NCBI GenBank assembly: GCA_965248355.1
Contig: OZ252098.1
Location: 3,520,001-3,584,000 of the forward strand
DNA length: 64,000 nt
Direction: 5' to 3'
Origin: Candidatus Latescibacterota bacterium
GTDB taxonomy: Bacteria; Latescibacterota; UBA2968; UBA8231
Part shown: piece after piece, positions 1 through 10,163 of the stretch
Numbering within the stretch: the first letter of the stretch is position 1
Layout: every line of letters starts with the position of its first letter
Made by a program: the position numbers and the translations under genes
Notes under the pieces: model-generated
Databases searched by the model: none
What the model was told of the DNA's origin: nothing
What the model saw: only the letters and a program-made list of their open reading frames with translations

Positions 1-1037
1 CATTCGATCACCTCCCGGGCGTAGCCGAAGAGCGCCGGGTGGCCGCCGGTGTGCAGGAACACCACGGGACCGTCCTGCTTCGTCAGTTGGCCCTGGCGCA
101 CGTGGGAGAACAAGGCCGACATGGCCTTGCCCGTGTAGACCGGATCCAGCAGCACCCCCTCGGTGCGGGCCGTGGTGCGGACCGCCTCGAGGCAGGCCTC
201 GGTGGGGATCCCATATCCCTCGCCGACGAAGGACTCCTCGTTGTCGAAGTCGCCGGCCGAGAGCTCCACCTCCAGGCCGATGCGGCGGGCCCCCTGGGCG
301 GCCAGGCGGCGCATCTCCTCGTGGCGCCGGGGGTGGTTCTCGATGGGGGTGAAGCCGCGCACGTGGATGCCGCTGCCGAGGAACTTCAGGCCGAGCACGA
401 CGCCGGCCTGGGTGGTGTCGCAGGCGGCCACGTACAGGAACCGCGGCTCGATGCCGAGCTGCCGCGACTGCCGTACTACCTCCAGAGCCGCCTCGGCGTA
501 GGCCAGGGCGTCGAGGTCGACCGTCTCCTCCGTGCGCGGCACGTAGACCTTGCGGCCCTCGGCGCGCAGCTGGCTCGCCTTGTCGTCGAGCGCCCGGGCG
601 TGGGACCCGCGGCAGGACTCGTGGTGGACGGTCATCCGGGCGCCGAGAAGGCGCATCAGCAGGTGGTTGCCCTGGATCTCCTCGTGGTCGATGCCGCGCA
701 CCGGCCGCAGGACCAGGTGCAGCTCGAGGCCGAGGCGGGCGCAGGCGGCCGACATCTGCCGGCAGTAGTTGGACTGCACGGCGGCGCCGGTGACGATCGC
801 CTCGGCCCCCTGCTCCAGGGCGTCGGCCAGGGAGAACTCGAGCATGCGCGTCTTGTTGCCGCCGAGGGCCAGGCCGGTCAGATCGTCGCGCTTGATGAGG
901 ATGTCGGGTCCGCCGAGCTCGGCGCTGAGACGGGGCAGGGGCTCCAGCGGCGTCGGCCGCACCGACGCCAGCTGCACGCGGGGCAGGGTGGCCAGCGCGG
1001 TCTCGAGCTCGCGCTCGCGCTCGGGGGTCATGTTCAT
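1..1037 (-). CDS. D-cysteine desulfhydrase / ACC deaminase family PLP enzyme (3' end runs off window)
   Basis: Manual translation: PTPLEPLPRLSAELGGPDILIKRDDLTGLALGGNKTRMLEF...GAAVQSNYCRQ...LDPVYTGKAM...FLHTGG. ATG overlaps the upstream TGA (ATGA). Absent from the ORF track because there is no stop in the window. Confidence 0.9.
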   Translation of the reverse strand, partial: MNMTPERERELETALATLPRVQLASVRPTPLEPLPRLSAELGGPDILIKRDDLTGLALGGNKTRMLEFSLADALEQGAEAIVTGAAVQSNYCRQMSAACARLGLELHLVLRPVRGIDHEEIQGNHLLMRLLGARMTVHHESCRGSHARALDDKASQLRAEGRKVYVPRTEETVDLDALAYAEAALEVVRQSRQLGIEPRFLYVAACDTTQAGVVLGLKFLGSGIHVRGFTPIENHPRRHEEMRRLAAQGARRIGLEVELSAGDFDNEESFVGEGYGIPTEACLEAVRTTARTEGVLLDPVYTGKAMSALFSHVRQGQLTKQDGPVVFLHTGGHPALFGYAREVIE

Positions 1038-2146
1038 CGTCCTTTCGGCCAGTCCCTGGGCGGCCGCTTCGGCAGCTTCGACTGGCGGTGGCACGCCTCC
1101 ATCACCGCCATCTGCACGCGCACCTGGCGGGGGGTGATGTGGAGCTCCTCTCGGCCGCGCAGAACACTATGAAGGTGATCGTAGAACCGGCGCGACATCC
1201 ACCCGAAGGAGTTGGCCTGGGCCTTCGTCGGCGTCCAGCTCTTCTCGGTGAACTTCAGCTCCTCGCGGCAGTAGGCCCGGTCGGGGAGAGGCGAGCGGAT
1301 GAGCCGCCGCTTCGGCGCCGTTTTCTCATCGAAGTACCGCCAGCGCAGGCCTCCGTCGCCGCCGCTCAGGCCGCCCCGCGTCCCCTGGACGGTGATCGTC
1401 TCCCCCGGGTAGGCGTCGCAGCTCGAGATCTCCAGGTCGATCACGGGAGCGCCCTTCCTCCGGAGCACCACCTTCACGTAGTCCTCGGCGTCGCCGGAGG
1501 TGTTGGCCCGGTCCATGGCGCAGAACACCTCCTCAGGCTTCTGGAAGCCCTGCAGGCAGACGGCCCAGTCGAGGAAGTGGGGACCCGTGTTGAGCAGGTT
1601 GCCGCCTTTGAACTCCTGCAGCGTCTGCCAGTCCCAGCGGCGGGCGAAGCCGCTGGCCGTGATGCGCACCTGCAGGATGCGCCCGAGCACGCCGGAGTCG
1701 ATGACCTCCAGGGTCTTGAGGAACAGGGCCCGGTAGCGGGACTGCTGAAAGGGGGCCAGCACGCGCCGGGCCCGGCCGGCGGCGGCGATCATGCGGTCGA
1801 GCTGGGCCACGTTCCAGGCGGCGGGCTTCTCGCAGACCACGTCGTGGCCGGCCTTGAGGGCCTCGATGGTGACCGGCGGGTGGAGGTGCGAGGGCAGGGC
1901 GTTGACGATCAGGTCGAGGTCGTCGCGGGCCAGCAGGTCGCCGTGCTCCCGGTAGCTGTCGCAGCCGAAACGGGTCTCGGCGTGGCGGCGGCGCTCGGCG
2001 AGCAGGTCGGCCACGGCGGCGATGCGGTACTTCCGGGGCGACTGCTCGAACCAGCGGCAGTGGATGCCGTAGCCGCTGCGGCCCTGCCCCAGGACGCCGA
2101 CTCGCAGGGGTCCGGTTGTGCGGCGGCGTGGGTTGGCAGCGGACAT
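1034..2146 (-). CDS. Gfo/Idh/MocA family oxidoreductase
   Basis: GVLGQGRSG Rossmann motif, VVCEKP, GGNLLNTGPHFLD. Confidence 0.9.
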   Translation of the reverse strand: MSAANPRRRTTGPLRVGVLGQGRSGYGIHCRWFEQSPRKYRIAAVADLLAERRRHAETRFGCDSYREHGDLLARDDLDLIVNALPSHLHPPVTIEALKAGHDVVCEKPAAWNVAQLDRMIAAAGRARRVLAPFQQSRYRALFLKTLEVIDSGVLGRILQVRITASGFARRWDWQTLQEFKGGNLLNTGPHFLDWAVCLQGFQKPEEVFCAMDRANTSGDAEDYVKVVLRRKGAPVIDLEISSCDAYPGETITVQGTRGGLSGGDGGLRWRYFDEKTAPKRRLIRSPLPDRAYCREELKFTEKSWTPTKAQANSFGWMSRRFYDHLHSVLRGREELHITPRQVRVQMAVMEACHRQSKLPKRPPRDWPKGR

Positions 2147-2244
2147 GGAAGGCAAGACTACGAACGGCCGCTGGCCGCAGCCACCCGGCGGGTGCCCCGC
2201 GCGCCTCCGTTGCCGGCGGTGGGCGCCGGCTTACCTTACCCCGC

Positions 2245-2964
2245 ATGATCCAACGCCTCGATGACGTCGCCCTCTCCACGGGGGAGCCCGTGGCCCTGTT
2301 CCCCGGAACCCCGCGGCGGACGCCGTGGCCGCAGCTGGATCTGCTCGACCTGCCGGCTGGAGCGGTGCACGACGCCCACCCGGCCCCCGACGTGGAGTGC
2401 GGCTACCTGCTGCTGCGGGGAACGGCGGCGGTGGAGCCTGGCGGCGGCGGCGAGCCTGGGGTCGCAGAGGCGTCCGCCGCTCTCCTGTGCGGGGTGGGCG
2501 CGCCCCACCGGCTGACGGCCGGAGGCGGCGGAGCCCGCCTCATCGCCATCGGGGTGAGCGGCGCCGACCCGCGCCGCGGGCGGTTCCGGAGCGAGTCCTT
2601 CGCCCGCGAGCGGCTTCCCTGGCGCGACGCCATCCACGGCGGCGGCGGACGCATCGCCACCCGCCACCTGTGGGGGCCGGAGGACTTCGCCAGCAGCTGG
2701 ACCTTCGTCGACCACGCCGTCCTGTCCCGGGGCAGCTCCCTGGGACGCCACTACCACGAGCACATGGAGGAGTTCTTCGTGGTGTTCTCGGGAGCCGGGG
2801 ACATGACGATCGGCGACCGCACCTTCCGCATCGGTGCCGGCCACGTCACCCTGCAGCGCCATGCCGAGGGCCACGGGCTCCTCAATCCCTGCGAGGAGGA
2901 CCTCGACTTCGCGCGCGTCGCCGTGGCCGCGGAGGGCGAGGCCTTCACCACCATCGATCTGTAG
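2245..2964 (+). CDS. Cupin-domain protein (probable bicupin)
   Basis: HYHEHMEEFFVVFSGAG...GHGLLN cupin motifs; degenerate N-terminal cupin (HPAPDVECGYLLLRG...PHRL); ATG at 2245. Confidence 0.75.
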   Translation: MIQRLDDVALSTGEPVALFPGTPRRTPWPQLDLLDLPAGAVHDAHPAPDVECGYLLLRGTAAVEPGGGGEPGVAEASAALLCGVGAPHRLTAGGGGARLIAIGVSGADPRRGRFRSESFARERLPWRDAIHGGGGRIATRHLWGPEDFASSWTFVDHAVLSRGSSLGRHYHEHMEEFFVVFSGAGDMTIGDRTFRIGAGHVTLQRHAEGHGLLNPCEEDLDFARVAVAAEGEAFTTIDL

Positions 2965-2979
2965 ATCCGGAGACCTGAC

Positions 2980-3948
2980 ATGACGAGCACCACCGATACC
3001 GCCCGCCGCATGGCCGATGCCGCCCTGGCCTTCCTCGACGCCCTCGACGAGGACCAGCGGACCATGGCGCGCCTCGACTTCGCCGACGAGTCCGAGCGCA
3101 CCAACTGGCACTACATCCCGCGCGAGCGCGCCGGCCTGCCGATCAAGGACATGGACGCCGTCCAGCGGGCCCGGGCGCTGGACCTCGTGGCCACGGGGCT
3201 GAGCACGCCGGCCCACCAGCGGGCCCGGACGATCATGGCCCTGGAGTCGGTGCTGGGCGGGCTCGAGGGGCGGGGCCGCCGGTTCCCGCGCGACGAAGAC
3301 CTCTACTACGTGAGCCTCTTCGGCCAGGTCGGCGGCGGCGGCCCCTGGGGCTGGCGCTTCGAGGGCCACCACATCTCGCTGAACAACACCATCGCCGGCG
3401 GCCAGGTGTCGGCGGCGCCCCTGTTCTTCGGCGCCAACCCCGCCGAGGTCCGCCACGGCGAGCTGGAGGGACTGCGGGCCCTGGCCGCCGAGGAGGACCT
3501 GGCCCGCGACCTGCTGTCCCAGCTCGACGGCGAGCAGCGGGGGGCGGCGGTGATCTCCGACCAGGCGCCGGACGACATCCTGACCCGCAACGCCCCGCGC
3601 GTCGGCGGCGAGGTGGCGGCCGAGGGGCTGGCCGCCGGGGACATGAGCCCCGGCCAGCGGGAGTTGCTCGAAGCCCTGGTGCGCGTCTATGTCGAGCGCC
3701 AGCCGGAGGCCCTGGCCGGGATCCAGCTGCGGCGGCTGCGCCAGGGGGACCTGCAGGCCGCCCAGTTCGCCTGGGCGGGTTCGACCCGGCGCGGCCAGGG
3801 GCACTACTACCGCGTCCTGGCGCCGGCTTTCCTGGCCGAGTACGACAACACCCAGAACGACGCCAACCACATCCACGCCGTGTGGCGCGATCTCGCCGGC
3901 GACTTCGGCGGAGATCTCCTGCAACGGCACTACGCGCAGAGCCACTGA
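2980..3948 (+). CDS. DUF3500 family protein
   Basis: RTNWHYIPRERAGL, WGWRFEGHHISLN, EYDNTQNDANHIHAVWRD...DFGGDLLQRHY. Confidence 0.9.
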   Translation: MTSTTDTARRMADAALAFLDALDEDQRTMARLDFADESERTNWHYIPRERAGLPIKDMDAVQRARALDLVATGLSTPAHQRARTIMALESVLGGLEGRGRRFPRDEDLYYVSLFGQVGGGGPWGWRFEGHHISLNNTIAGGQVSAAPLFFGANPAEVRHGELEGLRALAAEEDLARDLLSQLDGEQRGAAVISDQAPDDILTRNAPRVGGEVAAEGLAAGDMSPGQRELLEALVRVYVERQPEALAGIQLRRLRQGDLQAAQFAWAGSTRRGQGHYYRVLAPAFLAEYDNTQNDANHIHAVWRDLAGDFGGDLLQRHYAQSH

Positions 3949-3975
3949 TCGCGCGGACACCGGAGGAGAGATCCC

Positions 3976-4788
3976 ATGAGCACGATCGGCGCCATCCACC
4001 ACAACTGGCCGGGGTACGACCTGGAGGGCTTCGCCCGGCGGGCGAGCGAGATCGGCTTCGAGTCCTGCGAGCTGCAGATCCGCGACATCTGGGACCAGGC
4101 CGACGACGACGGCGGCCGCCGCGCCGAGGCGGTGCGGGCCATGCTCGACCGCCTCGGCCTGCGGGCCTCGGCCGTCTCCGCGGGCAACGACTTCATCCAG
4201 GCGGACCGGGACGACTTCGAGGCCCAGATCCGCCGCTACCGGCGGGTCTGCGAGATCATCCCGAAGACCGGCACCGACATCGTGCGCTCCGACGGCGGCT
4301 GGGACCGCGGCGGCCAGGTCCCCCGGGAGCGCTGGGACGGCATGATGCTGGAGGCCTTCCAGCGCTGCGCCGAGTTCTTCGAAGAGCTCGACGTGCGCAT
4401 CGCCCTGGACAATCACGGGGTCTCCACCAACGACGGCGACTGGCAGGTCCACCTGATCGAGCGCGTCGGCTCCGACCGCCTCGGCGTCAATCTCGACACC
4501 ATGAACTACCGCTGGTTCGGCCACGACCTGGACCGCATCGACCACTTCTACGAGATCGTCGCCCCCCACACCTTCCACACCCACATCAAGGACGGCACCG
4601 GCTCCCGCTCCGAGTACAAGGGCGCCGCCCTCGGGGAGGGGGAGATCCACCTGGAGCACGCCGTCCGGTGCCTGCGCGACGCCGGGTACTCCGGCGCCTG
4701 GACAGCGGAGTACGAGGGCCCCGAGGGCGAGGGCGGGATCGGCTACGAGAAGTGCTTCCGGTGGCTGCGGGAGAACGTGCCGGAGTAA
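3976..4788 (+). CDS. Sugar phosphate isomerase/epimerase (xylose isomerase-like TIM barrel)
   Basis: ALDNHG, VNLDTMN, HTHIKD, LGEGEI, AEYEG metal-binding pattern. Confidence 0.85.
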   Translation: MSTIGAIHHNWPGYDLEGFARRASEIGFESCELQIRDIWDQADDDGGRRAEAVRAMLDRLGLRASAVSAGNDFIQADRDDFEAQIRRYRRVCEIIPKTGTDIVRSDGGWDRGGQVPRERWDGMMLEAFQRCAEFFEELDVRIALDNHGVSTNDGDWQVHLIERVGSDRLGVNLDTMNYRWFGHDLDRIDHFYEIVAPHTFHTHIKDGTGSRSEYKGAALGEGEIHLEHAVRCLRDAGYSGAWTAEYEGPEGEGGIGYEKCFRWLRENVPE

Positions 4789-4806
4789 GCCCCCGGCCCG
4801 AAGGCG

Positions 4807-7800
4807 TCAGTCCGCCTTCGCCACGTCCTCGATCGCCCGCTCCAGCCGCGCCGCCGAGACGCGTTCGGCCGTGCCCAGCTCCTGGGCGAAGACGGAGACC
4901 CGGAACTCCTCCACCAGCCAGCGCAGCGCCTCGGCCCGCCGGCGCCGCTCCGGCGAGGCCCCGTCCAGGCCTTCGCGGACCTTCTTCCAGGCCTGGCCGA
5001 AGGGAGCCACCTGGGCCGCCTTGGCCCCGTCCCGGCCGGCGTCGGCCTGAAAGCGGTCGGCGCGCACCCTCACGGCCTTGAGATAGCGCACCAGGTGCGG
5101 CAGGCGGTCGAACTCGAGTCCCGCCAGGAAATCCGCCGGCAGCAGGCGCTCGAGATCCTCCTTCAGCCCCGGGTAGGGACGCGGGTGGGCGATCAGCCCG
5201 GACCTCAGGTCCAGGATCTCCCGCATCAGGTCGAGGAAGCGCTGCGACAACCCCTCCAGCCGCTCCCGGGAGCGGGCCACGCGGGCCTCGAAGCGCTCCC
5301 GGGTCAGGGGGAAGACGCCGCCTTCCTGGAACAGGTAGCGGGCCAGGTGCTCGTAGGCCTGCAGCCGTCCGCCGGCCAGGGCCCGCAGATCCATCAACTC
5401 CCGCCGCAGCCAGACCGTCTCGTCCTTCAGGGCCAGCTCGCAGAGCCGCTGGAAGCCCGCCGGAGTGGCGGCGCGCGCCTCCTCGCGGTCGGGGAAGAGG
5501 CGCACGTGGACGGCGTTCTGCTCGAGCACCAGACCCGGGAAGGCGAACACGGGCACGCCGGAGACCCGGGTCACCTCAAGACGCTCGGGGAGGTCCACGA
5601 AGTCGAAGTCGACCACGTCCTCCCGCTCCCAGCGGCCGGCGGCCTCCCGCCAGGCGTCGAGCTGCACGGCGCCGGCCCCCGCCGGCCGGTCGAGCTGTCC
5701 GGACAGGGCCGCCAGGTCCCGGCCCGCGGCCAGGGTGGCGCGGCCGTCGCCCTCGACCTCCACGCGCAGGCGCAGGTGCTCGGGCACGGCTGCCAGATTC
5801 CAGTCGGCGCGGCGCACCTGCAGGCGCCAGTGCTCCTCGATGTAGTGCTCCAGGGCGCTGAGGAAGGCGCCGTCTCCGTGGGCGGGCTTCAGGTCGGCGG
5901 CGATCCGGCGGGCCGTGGACGGCACCGGCACGAAGCGCTTGCGCAGGGCCTTGGGCAGGGAGCGCAGCAGGGCGGTGACGCGCTCCTCGAGCAGCCCGGG
6001 GACCAGCCAGTCGAGGACCTCCGGCCGCACCGCGTCCACCAGGCGGTAGGGCAGGTGCAAGGTGATGCCGTCGGCCTCGGTTCCCGGCTCGTGCCGGTAG
6101 GAGAGGGCCAACTGCTCCCCCACCACGTCGACGGCCTCGGGAAACGCCTCCGTGTCGACGGGAGTGCCGGTGGCGCCGAGCAGTTGCTCTTCGCCGGCGA
6201 ACAGGAAGTCGTCGCGGCCTCCGCGCTCCCGGATCACCCGGTTCAGATCGTGGACCGAGGCCGTGCCCTCCGGCAGCAGCCCGGCGTAGAAGTCGTGCAG
6301 GGCGTCGTCGAGGTCGACCTGGGGGCCCTGGCGCCGGCGGCTCTGCCAGACCTCGAGCCGCTGGTGCAGGCGGCGGTTGTGATCGAGGAAGCCGTGGGCG
6401 ACACTGTCGATCTCCCCGGCGATCAGGCCTTCCCGCAAGAAGATGTCCCGCGCCTCCCGCGGGGCGATCCGGCCGTAGCCGACGCGTCGCTCGGCGACCA
6501 CGAGACCGTGGAGACGGACGGTCTCGTGCGCGAGGACGCGGCCGTCGGAGCGGCTCCAGTGGGGGTCCCGGCAGCTGGACCGGCACAGGTGCTCCCCCAG
6601 ATCCAGGATCCACTCGGGCCGGATGGCGGCGCAGGTGCGCGCGTAGAGCCGGTTCGTCTCCACCATCTCCGCGGCCACCACCCACTCCGCCCCCACAGCG
6701 GCGGCCTCCGCACCCGGCCCCTCCGCCGCCGGCGTCTCCACCCGGCGCTGCCTCGACTCGGAGCGCTGGAACAGCCCCGAGCCGGGAAAGAGCATCGCCC
6801 GCCGCCCGCGGGGCGCCGCATAGAGGTTGCGGTCCTCCCGGCGGGCCACGTGGCTGAAGAGCCCGGTGAGCAGGCAGCGGTGCACGGCCTCGTACGCCGC
6901 CTCGCCTCCGGGGCCGTCCTCGTCGAGCGGGAAGCCGCCCAGCTCCCGCAGGTTGGCGCGCACCTGCGCGTGGATGTCCCGCCATTCGCGCATGCGCAGG
7001 TAGGAGAGGTAGTGCTGCCTGCAGAACCTGCGCAGCTGCGACTGCGTGCCCTGCTCCAGCCGCTCGTGGCAGGCGCGCCAGATGTTGAGCAGGGTGAGGA
7101 AGTCGGAGCGCGGATCGACGAACCGCCGGTGAGCGAGATCGGCCTTCTCCTCCTCCTCGGCCGGGCGCTCGCGCGGATCCTGGACCGAGATGCCGGCGGC
7201 GATGACCAGCACCTCCGCCAGGCTGCCCTCGGCGCGGGCCTGCAGGACCATGCGCGACACCGCCGGCGAGATCGGAATGCGGGCCATGTCCCGCCCCAGG
7301 GGGGTGAGGCGGCGGTCCCGGTCGATGGCGCCGAGCTCCTCCAGCAGCTGGTAGCCGCCGCGGATCGCGGCCTCGGAGGGCGGCTCGAGGAAGGGGAAGC
7401 TCTCGACCGTTCCGAGCTCCAGGTCGAGCATGCGCAGGATCACCTCGGCGAGGTTGGCGCGCTGAATCTCCGGCTGGGTGTGCTCGGGCCGCGCCTGGAA
7501 GTCCTCCTCGCCGTAGAGACGGACGCAGATCCCGTCCTCGACGCGGCCGCAGCGCCCCTTGCGCTGCTCGGCCGAGGAACGGCTGATCTCCTCGATGGGC
7601 AGCCGCTGGGTCTGGGTGCGCGGGTTGTAGCGCGAGATGCGGGCCAGCCCGGTGTCGACGACGTAGCGGATGCCGGGGATGGTGAGGGAGGTCTCGGCGA
7701 TATTGGTGGCGATGACGATGCGCCGGCCCGTGTGGGCGCCGAAGACGCGGTGCTGCTCGGCGGCGCTCAGGCGCGAGAACAGGGGCAGGATCTCGACGCC

Positions 7801-8802
7801 GCCCGGCCCCTGGCGCCGCGCCTCCAGCCTTGACGACAAGAGGTCGCGGGTCTCGCGGATGTCGCGCTCCGCCGGCATGAAGACGAGCACGTCGCCGCGG
7901 GTGGACTCGGCCATCAGCCTTTCGCAGGCGGACACGGCCCCGTCGGTGTACGAAAACCCGCCTTCCTCCCCCTCCAGCAGCTCCTCCAGCGGCCAGTGCC
8001 GGACCTCGACCGGGTAGACGCGGCCCGACACCTGGATGACGGGGGCGCCGTCGAAGGCCCGGGAGAAGCTCTCGGTGTCGATGGTGGCCGAGGTGACGAT
8101 GATCCGGAGATCGGGACGGCGGGCCCTCAGCGTGCGCAGGTAGCCGAGGAGGAAGTCGATGTTCAGGGAGCGCTCGTGGGCCTCGTCGATGATCAGGGTG
8201 TCGTACTCGAGCAGATCGCGGTCGGAGCGGACCTCGGCCAGCAGCAGGCCGTCGGTGACGAACTTCACCAGCGTCTCCGGCGAGGTGCGGTCCTGGAAGC
8301 GGATCCTGGCGCCCACCTGCCGCCCCCACTCGACGCCGAGCTCCTCGGCCAGCCGCCGCGACAGGGAGGTGGCGGCGACCCGCCGGGGCTGGGTGACGGC
8401 GATGCGGGCGTCGCGCCCGCGGCCGGCGAGCAGGCAGATCTTGGGGATCTGGGTCGTCTTGCCCGAGCCGGTGTCCCCGGCGACGACGACGACGGGATGC
8501 TCCCGGACGGCGGCCTGGATCTCGTCCGCGCGCCGGCTGATCGGCAGCGGCTCCGGGAAGTCGATGGTCATCGACTCCAGGGCCCGCAGGCGCAGGGCGC
8601 GGGTCCTCCGCGAGCGCTCCGCGCGCTCGGCGATGTGGTCGAGATCGCGGACCAGGCGCCGGGGCGGCCGGCCGCGGGACAGGGCTTCCCGCAGACGCCG
8701 GAGACGGCGGCCCAGGCGCACGCGGTCGGACATCATGCAGCCCTCGAGGCTGTTCTCGAGATCGGCCAGTCTCTCGTCGGGTGGGGGGGCGGCGGAGCTC
8801 AT
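4807..8802 (-). CDS. hrpA: ATP-dependent RNA helicase HrpA
   Basis: GDTGSGKTTQIPK, TQPRR, DEAHERSLNIDF, SAT, QRKGRCGR; C-terminal EEFRVSVFAQELGT. Confidence 0.97.
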   Translation of the reverse strand: MSSAAPPPDERLADLENSLEGCMMSDRVRLGRRLRRLREALSRGRPPRRLVRDLDHIAERAERSRRTRALRLRALESMTIDFPEPLPISRRADEIQAAVREHPVVVVAGDTGSGKTTQIPKICLLAGRGRDARIAVTQPRRVAATSLSRRLAEELGVEWGRQVGARIRFQDRTSPETLVKFVTDGLLLAEVRSDRDLLEYDTLIIDEAHERSLNIDFLLGYLRTLRARRPDLRIIVTSATIDTESFSRAFDGAPVIQVSGRVYPVEVRHWPLEELLEGEEGGFSYTDGAVSACERLMAESTRGDVLVFMPAERDIRETRDLLSSRLEARRQGPGGVEILPLFSRLSAAEQHRVFGAHTGRRIVIATNIAETSLTIPGIRYVVDTGLARISRYNPRTQTQRLPIEEISRSSAEQRKGRCGRVEDGICVRLYGEEDFQARPEHTQPEIQRANLAEVILRMLDLELGTVESFPFLEPPSEAAIRGGYQLLEELGAIDRDRRLTPLGRDMARIPISPAVSRMVLQARAEGSLAEVLVIAAGISVQDPRERPAEEEEKADLAHRRFVDPRSDFLTLLNIWRACHERLEQGTQSQLRRFCRQHYLSYLRMREWRDIHAQVRANLRELGGFPLDEDGPGGEAAYEAVHRCLLTGLFSHVARREDRNLYAAPRGRRAMLFPGSGLFQRSESRQRRVETPAAEGPGAEAAAVGAEWVVAAEMVETNRLYARTCAAIRPEWILDLGEHLCRSSCRDPHWSRSDGRVLAHETVRLHGLVVAERRVGYGRIAPREARDIFLREGLIAGEIDSVAHGFLDHNRRLHQRLEVWQSRRRQGPQVDLDDALHDFYAGLLPEGTASVHDLNRVIRERGGRDDFLFAGEEQLLGATGTPVDTEAFPEAVDVVGEQLALSYRHEPGTEADGITLHLPYRLVDAVRPEVLDWLVPGLLEERVTALLRSLPKALRKRFVPVPSTARRIAADLKPAHGDGAFLSALEHYIEEHWRLQVRRADWNLAAVPEHLRLRVEVEGDGRATLAAGRDLAALSGQLDRPAGAGAVQLDAWREAAGRWEREDVVDFDFVDLPERLEVTRVSGVPVFAFPGLVLEQNAVHVRLFPDREEARAATPAGFQRLCELALKDETVWLRRELMDLRALAGGRLQAYEHLARYLFQEGGVFPLTRERFEARVARSRERLEGLSQRFLDLMREILDLRSGLIAHPRPYPGLKEDLERLLPADFLAGLEFDRLPHLVRYLKAVRVRADRFQADAGRDGAKAAQVAPFGQAWKKVREGLDGASPERRRRAEALRWLVEEFRVSVFAQELGTAERVSAARLERAIEDVAKAD

Positions 8803-8867
8803 GCGACTGGAAGGTAGGGGCCGGCGATGTACCTGTGAATGGCGATGCCTTCGTACCTTAGCGGGAC

Positions 8868-10109
8868 ATGCATGAGTTCATCGATACCCTGACGGGATGG
8901 CTCGCCGGGCACCCGCTGGGGAGACAGGTGGTGTACACCGCCGGGCTCTTCCTGGTGGCGTGGGGCGCCCATCTGCTGGCTCGCAAGGTCCTCCTGCGCT
9001 CCGTGACCCACCTGATCCGGGCCAGCAGCACGAAGATCGACGACGTGCTCCTGGACCGGGGGGTGCTGAACCGCGCCGCCCTGCTGCTCCCAGTGCTCGT
9101 CTTCTACTACGGCGCCGGCGTCCTGCCCGGCTCGAGGGAGACGGTCCTGCAGGTGGTCAACGCCGCCCTGCTCATGGTGGTGCTGCTCGTGGCGGGAGCC
9201 CTGATCGACGCCCTGCAGGAGGCGATGGCCGACTACGACGCGCGCACCGAGGTGCCGATCAAGAGCTACGCCCAGATCCTCAAGATCGCCCTCTACGTCA
9301 TCGGCGGCCTGATGACGGTGGCGGTCCTGACGGGGCGGTCCCCGTGGGTGCTGCTCTCAGGCGTCGGCGCCCTGATGGCCGTGATCATCCTCGTCTTCCG
9401 CGACACCCTCCTGTCGCTCGTGGCCAGCTTCACCATCGCCTCCAACCGGCTGGTCAAGGTGGGCGACTGGATCGAGGTCCCCACCTTCGGAGCCGACGGC
9501 GACGTCATCGACATGGCCCTGCACACGGTGAAGGTGCAGAACTGGGACAAGACGATCACCACGATCCCGACCCACAAGCTGGTGGACGTCTCCTTCAAGA
9601 ACTGGCGCGGCATGCAGGACAGCGGCGGGCGCCGGATCAAGCGCGCCATCCACATCGACATGCACTCGATCCGGTTCTGCGATCCGGAGATGCTGCAGCG
9701 ATTCGAACGCTTCGAGCTGATCCGCGGCTACCTGAGCGCCCGCCGGAAGGAGGTGGAGCAGTTCAACGCCGAATCGCGGATGGACGCTTCGGAGCTGGTC
9801 AATGGCCGGCACCTGACCAACGTGGGCACCTTCCGGGCCTACGTGGCCGCCTATCTGCGCAGCCACCCGCGCATCCGCCAGGACATGACCTTCCTGATTC
9901 GGCAGTTGGCGCCGACCGGGCAGGGGCTGCCCCTGGAGATCTACGTGTTCACCAACACCACGGTGTGGGCCGAGTACGAGGACATCCAGTCCGACGTCTT
10001 CGACCACCTGCTGGCGGTGGTGCCCCGCTTCGGGCTGCGCGTCTTTCAGGAGCCGGCGGGGTCGGATTTCGCGGCCCTTGCACACATCGACGCCGCGGGC
10101 ATAAGGTAG
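8868..10109 (+). CDS. Small-conductance mechanosensitive channel (YbdG/MscM type)
   Basis: N-terminal TM helices; GDWIEVP..GADGDVIDMALHTVKVQNWDKTITTIP; NWRGMQDSGGRRIKR. Confidence 0.92.
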   Translation: MHEFIDTLTGWLAGHPLGRQVVYTAGLFLVAWGAHLLARKVLLRSVTHLIRASSTKIDDVLLDRGVLNRAALLLPVLVFYYGAGVLPGSRETVLQVVNAALLMVVLLVAGALIDALQEAMADYDARTEVPIKSYAQILKIALYVIGGLMTVAVLTGRSPWVLLSGVGALMAVIILVFRDTLLSLVASFTIASNRLVKVGDWIEVPTFGADGDVIDMALHTVKVQNWDKTITTIPTHKLVDVSFKNWRGMQDSGGRRIKRAIHIDMHSIRFCDPEMLQRFERFELIRGYLSARRKEVEQFNAESRMDASELVNGRHLTNVGTFRAYVAAYLRSHPRIRQDMTFLIRQLAPTGQGLPLEIYVFTNTTVWAEYEDIQSDVFDHLLAVVPRFGLRVFQEPAGSDFAALAHIDAAGIR

Positions 10110-10163
10110 GGCCCGAGGAACGGACGTACGGCCCAAGGAGTCTGAGCGGGGTGAGATGAGAGC

